From IMG/VR virus record IMGVR_UViG_3300031555_001519, positions 73,478-137,477 of that record: a DNA stretch of 64,000 bases. One strand, written 5' to 3'. Source of the DNA: a virus (lineage: Duplodnaviria; Caudoviricetes). Numbering within the stretch: the stretch's first letter is position 1; each line of letters opens with the position of its first letter. The position numbers and the translations under genes are program-made. A model generated the notes under the pieces. It searched no databases. It saw only the letters and a list, made by a program, of their open reading frames with translations, and had not been told where the DNA came from. Positions 57,687 through 64,000 of this stretch are shown piece by piece.

Positions 57687-58523
57687 ATGTTAACAAGAGA
57701 AATGATTATCAAAGCCCTTACAGAAAAAGGCATGGAAGCACAGGTAGCAGATGTCACTAAGAACGGAGTGACTTTACAAGGGATTGCTCTTGGAACCGGA
57801 ACTGTTAGACCCACAATTTACATAGAACAGTTTGTTGACTATGCAGATGATGAAGTGGAAGATGTTGTTGATGCAATTATGTATCAGTACAACAAGGCAA
57901 TAGAAGATGTTCCGGTAATAGATGTATATAATTTGTTAAATTGGGACTATGCAAAGACCAGACTTCAGCTTTGTATTCAGCAGAAAGGAAACGAAGATAT
58001 TGTGAAGCGTGATTTCCTTGACCTTGAGGAGTATGTTCGTGTTATCGCTAGTAAAGATGAGAATGGAATGGGTTCTTTCAAGGTAAGACCTGAACATCTG
58101 GAACGCTTTGGAATTACAGAAGAAACCTTATTCCATGCAGCTTGGGATTGTACTGTGCCAACTTTTAAATTTGAGGACATGTCTCAGATTGCTCCTATGC
58201 CCAAAGGCATGATGATAGTTGCAACAAACGAAACCAAGCTTAATGGAGCTGTTGTAATGAAAGCAATGGAAAAGCTTTTAGAAATAGCAGATGAATATGA
58301 TAAAGACTTGGCGATTTTACCGAGTTCTATTCATGAAATTCTGTTAGTTCCCATTGATGAGGAGACGGATTTTTCACACTTAAATGCCATGGTTCAGGAA
58401 GTAAATGCAACACAGCTTCAACCGGAGGAAGTGTTAAGCAATCATGCGTATAGGTTTAATCGTGAAGAAAGAAGTATTACATATTATCATGATACCAAGA
58501 GTGGGAAATACATTCTTAACTAA
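57687..58523 (+). CDS. DUF5688-like protein
   Basis: VTKNGVTLQGI, PTIY, ILPSSIHE, MVQEVN...EEVLSNHAY motifs. Confidence 0.75.
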   Translation: MLTREMIIKALTEKGMEAQVADVTKNGVTLQGIALGTGTVRPTIYIEQFVDYADDEVEDVVDAIMYQYNKAIEDVPVIDVYNLLNWDYAKTRLQLCIQQKGNEDIVKRDFLDLEEYVRVIASKDENGMGSFKVRPEHLERFGITEETLFHAAWDCTVPTFKFEDMSQIAPMPKGMMIVATNETKLNGAVVMKAMEKLLEIADEYDKDLAILPSSIHEILLVPIDEETDFSHLNAMVQEVNATQLQPEEVLSNHAYRFNREERSITYYHDTKSGKYILN

Positions 58524-58630
58524 GTAAAATTAAATAGAGAAATCTATTTATATAGCCACACGACCAACGAAAATCGGCGTAAAACAAGAGTCGTGCAAAA
58601 ATAATAATTTTTTTCAGGAGGAAAAGGAAA

Positions 58631-59275
58631 ATGACAAAGGCAAATTTGAAGGTAGGAATGATGGTAGTAACTGAGAACGGAAAGGTAAGATTAGTATTGC
58701 CTACTAAGAATGATGGACTTGTTCTGGTATCAGCAGACAACAAGATACTCAAGGTAGATAAGATGAATGATGACCTTACTAGAAACCGCTACAAGGCAGG
58801 TAATGATGTTGTTAAGGTTTATGACATCATGGATGATGCAAACGGAGAGTTGTTCTCAAATACCGGAAGAGATTTACTGTTTGATAGAGCAGCCGGTGTA
58901 GATGTAGACGATAACGCAGATGACTTTGTAGATGAAGATTATGAGGACGATGAGGAGTATTATGATGAGTGCTGCGATTGTGAGGATTGCACTTGTGGTG
59001 AGTTCACCAAGGCAAACATCACACCTGGTATGCTTGCAGTAACTCGTGACGGTCAGAACAGACTTGCAATTCCTACATCAGACAAGGGATTAGTACTTGC
59101 AACTTCTGATAGCAAGTTCATCTGTGTAGATAAGTTAAACGATGATCTGACTATTGCTGGATACAGAAGTGATGGTAAGAACGTAGATAAGGTTTACGGA
59201 GTAGCTTCCGGTGTAACTACTGATTTCTACAGCACAGATAACAGAGAGTTGCTGTTTGATAGAGACGCAGAGTAA
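58631..59275 (+). CDS. hypothetical protein with two homologous domains
   Basis: TKANLKVGM...LLFDR and TKANITPGM...LLFDR joined by an acidic/Cys linker. Confidence 0.85.
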   Translation: MTKANLKVGMMVVTENGKVRLVLPTKNDGLVLVSADNKILKVDKMNDDLTRNRYKAGNDVVKVYDIMDDANGELFSNTGRDLLFDRAAGVDVDDNADDFVDEDYEDDEEYYDECCDCEDCTCGEFTKANITPGMLAVTRDGQNRLAIPTSDKGLVLATSDSKFICVDKLNDDLTIAGYRSDGKNVDKVYGVASGVTTDFYSTDNRELLFDRDAE

Positions 59276-59343
59276 TCTATCAAAGTAAAAAATAAATTTA
59301 ACTCGGCAAAATTAAATAAGGGTTGTTAATTCAACCCTTTTTC

Positions 59344-59416
59344 GGCTCAGTAGTCAAGAGGTTTAAGACGCTACATTCTCAGTGTAGAGACTCTGGTTCA
59401 AATCCAGGCTGAGTCA
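59344..59416 (+). tRNA. tRNA-Glu(CTC)
   Basis: GGCTCAG/CTGAGTC acceptor, CTACA-TTCTCAG-TGTAG, GGTTCAAATCC. Confidence 0.9.
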
Positions 59417-59592
59417 TTACCGGAAAGGTAAAGAAATGGAGGAATAAGGATGGCAAAGTATTACAAGATGGGGACTAAGAGACAGAAGTTACATAAGGCA
59501 ATCTATGACAGACTTATCAAGAAAGGAATTGATAGTGGTAAGGCATATAACATTGCTAGTAGAATTACACATTGGGCATAGGAGGAATCGAA

Positions 59593-59844
59593 ATGAAAGC
59601 ACATTGTTTTAAGTTTGAGGACAAAGAGATCTGTTTAACGGAAATGGAAATGCATCAAGTACATGAGCATTATGTGGTTCAACGAAATGCAGATTTCCTA
59701 AGAGAGAATTATCCACACCTTACAGAAGAGGAAGTAATGAAAATGGCTTGGGAGTGGATAGATTTGGAAATGAAAGATGGGTATTCAAACGAAGAAGCTC
59801 TTGCAGAAGTGTTGGAAGAGTACGGATTAACGGAAGAGGATTAA
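59593..59844 (+). CDS. hypothetical protein
   Basis: GGAGG RBS before MKAHCF. Confidence 0.75.
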   Translation: MKAHCFKFEDKEICLTEMEMHQVHEHYVVQRNADFLRENYPHLTEEEVMKMAWEWIDLEMKDGYSNEEALAEVLEEYGLTEED

Positions 59845-59882
59845 CCAAACGATTATTTTATTATATAGGAGGTAAGGGAAAT

Positions 59883-60125
59883 ATGTATTACAGTTACAAT
59901 GAGATTAGAAATGGAAGCAACGAACTTTGGATTCCTTATGATAAGAAAAAACCAAAGCACAAGGAAAGGATTTATGCACAGATACTTGATAGCTTTGGTC
60001 GTATTGTACTGGGAGAGATTACATATGACAGATATACATGGAAAAAAGATAGAACCTCAAAAATAATTGCTTGGTTCTCACTTCCTGCGCCATATGTAGA
60101 AGAACACAATAGAAACAATATTTGA
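59883..60125 (+). CDS. hypothetical protein
   Basis: AGGAGG RBS before MYYSYN; ends IIAWFSLPAPY. Confidence 0.7.
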   Translation: MYYSYNEIRNGSNELWIPYDKKKPKHKERIYAQILDSFGRIVLGEITYDRYTWKKDRTSKIIAWFSLPAPYVEEHNRNNI

Positions 60126-60266
60126 TAAGGAGATAAAGCAAATGAAAATGCCAAAGAAACCATGTATTAACTGTGTGTACTTTAAGACTTGTGGAAGTAC
60201 AACACGAACAGAGCCTTGTAACGGAAGGAAAACAAAAAGAGAAACAAAGATTGGAGGTAAACAGAA

Positions 60267-60632
60267 ATGAAAGGTTATACAAATTTTGCAATGGGATTTT
60301 TAGGAGCAGGTGCAGTAGCAACTAAGCCAATTGGAGCTATGAAGTACATGGATTGGAAGAAGGTTCAGCAGATTGTTGACGAAAATCCAGACGCAGTTAT
60401 TTATGCAGGACTTCAGGAAGATTGGGGCAACACAAGTGGATTGATTTTTGCAAAAGGAGAATATTACCGTGGTTATGTATTTGGATGTTCTTCTTGGGCT
60501 ACTCCAATTGTAGACGTAGACGGAAAAGAAATTGAGTGCTGGACTCATGAAGAAACAGAAGAGGGTTCTGATAGACCGACTTGGTGGGGAAACGGACAAG
60601 AACTTAAATCTGAGTGGGATTTTGAAGGTTAA
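60267..60632 (+). CDS. hypothetical protein
   Basis: 121 aa; GGAGGT RBS. Confidence 0.75.
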   Translation: MKGYTNFAMGFLGAGAVATKPIGAMKYMDWKKVQQIVDENPDAVIYAGLQEDWGNTSGLIFAKGEYYRGYVFGCSSWATPIVDVDGKEIECWTHEETEEGSDRPTWWGNGQELKSEWDFEG

Positions 60633-60695
60633 GTAATAATTTAGCATCAACTAAATAAAATTAAATAAAGCAAACGAAAAGGAGAGGGAAGAAAA

Positions 60696-62870
60696 ATGAT
60701 TGAAGTAGGACAACTAGTAACTGGAAGACCGGACGCAACAAGATATGGCGTTACAACGAATAAGGCATTATGCCTTGTTGAAAAAATAGATGCAGATTAC
60801 ATCTATGTTCTTGTAGTTGCTCATGCCGATGGACGTGTATGCCATGACTGGGTAAATGAGAAGTATTTTATCCCATGTACATATGCAGAGTTCATGGAGA
60901 AGTATCCTGATGCAAAATTAATGAGTACTTATTCAGCAGAAGAACTAAATAAAATTAAAAATGTGGAGGAAATGAAAATGGAATTAGCAATGAACAAAGA
61001 AAAAATCGGTAGTTATGAATTAAGTAAGGAAGAAAGAGAGTCCTTACGGAAAGAAATCAAGGATTTGTTAGAGGAATATGACTACAATCCTACAGACGCA
61101 GGTGTTAATAAAATCCTTGATGAATGGATTAAGAATAAGGGTTGGATGATTAACTTATTCAAGCAGCATCCGAACTACAACGGAAAGTTCCAGATCGCCT
61201 TTGATTCGGACTATAGTAGAGCGTGTGACAAGAATATCTTATCCAGTTTCCAGAGCTACTTTGTTCGTACTGCAAAAGGACTTCTTTTGAAAAATAAAAT
61301 CATTGGTGGTTTTTCATATGAAGAAACACGAAAAATATATGAAAAACTTAAGGGTCTTATAAATAGGCTTGATGATGTAACCTATTACACTGGCTATCGT
61401 GCTATTGATTATAATGAAAAATTAGCAGAATGCCTTCGTTGGGAAAAGAAATACAGAGAATACAGAAAAGGAATAGATAATGACACGTTAATAAAAGATG
61501 GATACAACATTTATAGCATGGAATCGTATAAAGAATACCGTAAGGTAAATGATTTCAGCGAAATCCTGTATTACATGCGTGAACACATTGCAGATGAAGA
61601 GTTTGCAAGAAAGGTTAATGAATATTTCCCAAAGGTAAAAGCAGTAGCCGGACAGAAAGTATCCCGCATTGTTGGCAAGATTGCAAAGCAGCTTGGTATT
61701 GATAAAGATCCGAATTGGAACAGAGAATATGCAAAATACTCTGATGCAATCAATCCTTTGGCAGTAAAGAGACATACAGTTTTATCTTGTCACCCTATTG
61801 ATTACTTTACAATGAGCTTCGGTAATTCTTGGGCTTCTTGTCACACGATTGATAAGACAAATAAAAGAGGTATGCCTAACGACTATGAAGGCTGCTATTC
61901 TTCCGGTACATTATCCTATATGTTAGACGGAAGTTCATTCGTTTACTACACAGTGGATAAAGACTACAACGGAAATAAGCTTGAGTTACAGGACAAGATT
62001 AACCGCAACATGTTCCACATGGGAGAAGATAAGCTTATCCAGGCTCGTGTATATCCACAGGCAACAGATGGAGAAACCGGTATCTACAAACAGATTCGTG
62101 AGATTGCTCAGAAGGTAATTGCAGATTGTCTTGGGGTTCCTAATATGTGGAAAAACGTAAAGGGAACAAACGAATGCTATGCCGTAACCGACAGTTATGG
62201 TACACATTACAGAGACTACACAAATTTCTCAGACTGTAATGTTTCTTACCTGAAGGACGAAACAGAAGCGATAAACAAAAATCGCATTGATATAGGTCAT
62301 AATCCTATCTGTCCTCATTGCGGAAAAGCTCATACTTATGAGAAAGCTATTGAGTGTCGTGATTGTTACTTAGAAGAAATGATTTGTGATAATTGTGGCT
62401 ATACTTACAGTAGACAAGCTATGCACGAGATTGACGGAGAATGGTACTGTGAAGATTGCTGTTTCTATTGCGAATATCATGAAAGATGGGAAGTAGGAGA
62501 TCCAAGTGACCAAATATATGTAGATGATTATGGACGTATTTGTGAAGACGCATTGGATAATTCGGATTTTTTCTATACTTGTAACAGATGTGGTCGTATT
62601 GATCTTGTAGATAGAGATGACCACATTGAAACAGAAGATGGTAGACATTATTGCAGATACGAATGTGCGGAAAGAGATGGATATAGAAGCACAAGCGATG
62701 GCGACTGGTATCCGGAAGGCGAAGTTTACTACTGTGAGCATTGTGAAAGAGATGTTCATTCAAGCGAATGGAACAGTGAATTAGATTGCTGCACAGATTG
62801 TGAAGAAGATGTGAAAGCAGAACGTGCAGAAGAAGCAGAAGAAGTAGAAGACATAGAGGAGGCAGTTTAA
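60696..62870 (+). CDS. large early protein with C-terminal multi-Zn-finger region
   Basis: 724 aa; MSFGNSWASCH core; many CxxC pairs at the C-terminus. Confidence 0.85.
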   Translation: MIEVGQLVTGRPDATRYGVTTNKALCLVEKIDADYIYVLVVAHADGRVCHDWVNEKYFIPCTYAEFMEKYPDAKLMSTYSAEELNKIKNVEEMKMELAMNKEKIGSYELSKEERESLRKEIKDLLEEYDYNPTDAGVNKILDEWIKNKGWMINLFKQHPNYNGKFQIAFDSDYSRACDKNILSSFQSYFVRTAKGLLLKNKIIGGFSYEETRKIYEKLKGLINRLDDVTYYTGYRAIDYNEKLAECLRWEKKYREYRKGIDNDTLIKDGYNIYSMESYKEYRKVNDFSEILYYMREHIADEEFARKVNEYFPKVKAVAGQKVSRIVGKIAKQLGIDKDPNWNREYAKYSDAINPLAVKRHTVLSCHPIDYFTMSFGNSWASCHTIDKTNKRGMPNDYEGCYSSGTLSYMLDGSSFVYYTVDKDYNGNKLELQDKINRNMFHMGEDKLIQARVYPQATDGETGIYKQIREIAQKVIADCLGVPNMWKNVKGTNECYAVTDSYGTHYRDYTNFSDCNVSYLKDETEAINKNRIDIGHNPICPHCGKAHTYEKAIECRDCYLEEMICDNCGYTYSRQAMHEIDGEWYCEDCCFYCEYHERWEVGDPSDQIYVDDYGRICEDALDNSDFFYTCNRCGRIDLVDRDDHIETEDGRHYCRYECAERDGYRSTSDGDWYPEGEVYYCEHCERDVHSSEWNSELDCCTDCEEDVKAERAEEAEEVEDIEEAV

Positions 62871-62871
62871 T

Positions 62872-64000
62872 ATGAGCAAAAAGAACAAGAATAAAAGTAA
62901 ATACACACCTGTTGTACAGAAGTCGATAACGAATTTTGGTTCCCTTTCATCGAAGACAGCAGCTACATATACATACAAAGGAAGAAAGAATCAAACAGAG
63001 TTTCCGGATTTCATTGATTTGTGTTTACCAACACAAGAAGAGCTAAAAGTAATACTTCCACAGAAGTTAGTTGATGCAGGTTATACAGATGTGGTTGTAG
63101 GTGATGGATTTATATATGCAAAGGGAACTGTACCGGTATTACTTACAGCTCATATGGATACAGTACATAAGCAACGAATCGTAGATTACTACGAATATGT
63201 AGATAAAAACGGAAGACATATCCTTAGTTCTCCCCAGGGAATTGGTGGAGATGACCGCTGTGGAATCTATATGATTCTTGAAATCATCAAAGAACATAAG
63301 TGTTCTGTACTTTTCTGTGAAGATGAAGAAACGGGTGGTCACGGTTCTGACAAGTTCTGTAAAACGGATTTCATTGCTGAGTTAGCTGAATTGAATTACC
63401 TCATTGAATTAGACAGAGCTAATGCAACGGATGCAGTATTTTATAGTTGTGATAATCCTGAGTTTACTAAGTTCATCGAAGATAATACAGGCTACAAAGA
63501 AGCATGGGGTACCTTCTCAGATATAAGCAATCTTGCACCGGATTGTGGAATTGCAGCTGTAAATTTGAGTTGTGGATATTATCATGCACACACTCTTATT
63601 GAAGAAGTTGTTGTAGAAGAAATGCTTAACACAATAGAAGTTGTAAAGGAATTACTTTCTGTAGAGAGTGAACAATTCATGTACATTCGAAAGAAGTATG
63701 CATCATATGGTGGATATGGGTATGGATACGGATATGGATATGGTGGTAATTACGGTGGATATTATGGCAATTATTATGATGATGATGACGATGATTGGTA
63801 TGATAATTACTGCGCTAGAAAGCACAACAATAACAAAACTACAAAAGATCCAGGCTATGAAAAAGATGAAGTAACCATCCTTTATGTTACATATGTAGAT
63901 AAAAATACAGGAGAGGAAATGACGGATAGCCATTGTGCAACTTCAGAAAGTGTGGCTTGGGTTAACTTCTTCCAGAGCAATCCTGATGTTTGCTGGAACG
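62872..64000 (+). CDS. M20/M28-family metallopeptidase (3' end outside window)
   Basis: Not in the track (no stop). LLTAHMDTVH, GIGGDDRCG, EDEETGG, ELDR, FSDIS, GYYHAHT, then a Gly/Tyr-rich tract. Confidence 0.88.
   Translation, partial: MSKKNKNKSKYTPVVQKSITNFGSLSSKTAATYTYKGRKNQTEFPDFIDLCLPTQEELKVILPQKLVDAGYTDVVVGDGFIYAKGTVPVLLTAHMDTVHKQRIVDYYEYVDKNGRHILSSPQGIGGDDRCGIYMILEIIKEHKCSVLFCEDEETGGHGSDKFCKTDFIAELAELNYLIELDRANATDAVFYSCDNPEFTKFIEDNTGYKEAWGTFSDISNLAPDCGIAAVNLSCGYYHAHTLIEEVVVEEMLNTIEVVKELLSVESEQFMYIRKKYASYGGYGYGYGYGYGGNYGGYYGNYYDDDDDDWYDNYCARKHNNNKTTKDPGYEKDEVTILYVTYVDKNTGEEMTDSHCATSESVAWVNFFQSNPDVCWN

Noticed and set aside
327-63933. Numerous short track ORFs antisense to or nested within long genes
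   Set aside because: Shadow ORFs without RBS, overlapping well-supported genes.
1-64000. Stop-codon recoding, CRISPR array, DGR, integrase, lysis genes
   Set aside because: Genes are intact in the standard code, TAG and TGA serve as stops, and there is no suppressor tRNA. No regularly spaced repeat-spacer array, reverse transcriptase, integrase or endolysin was seen in the window.

Overview
AT-rich 64-kb segment of a large SPbeta-like tailed phage, probably infecting a gut or rumen Clostridia/Lachnospiraceae host (inference). Positions 1-54 kb are almost all on the minus strand. In transcription order they hold accessory genes (Pth2, phosphoesterase, IscS, GIY-YIG nuclease), a YonO-like single-subunit RNA polymerase, HU, a tRNA cluster enclosing a ~760-nt large structured RNA, a beta-CASP nuclease, ClpP, YonK/YonJ-like genes, terminase, portal, protease, capsid, neck and tail genes, the tape measure protein (TMP), Dit, a Tal-like tail protein and a BppU-like fibre that runs off the left edge. 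The strand switches at ~54.3 kb, in a G-rich stretch with DnaA boxes, and plus-strand putative early genes with sigmaA-type promoters follow. Main observations: (1) The TMP gene is in three pieces that rejoin in frame to 3196 aa. A canonical group I intron carries a homing endonuclease. A second, non-canonical group-I-like intron carries an antisense operon (Zn-ribbon protein plus orphan Phd/YefM-like antitoxin) whose promoter lies in the downstream exon. (2) Two twister ribozymes bracket the first early gene and would release an 831-nt 5'-OH/2',3'-cyclic-phosphate mRNA, a potential RtcB circularisation substrate, behind a ~500-nt structured leader. (3) The TMP contains an ART-PolyVal-like domain. 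(4) An oriented 15-bp motif recurs beside promoters and gene ends. All calls come from reading the sequence by eye; no database search or folding program was run.
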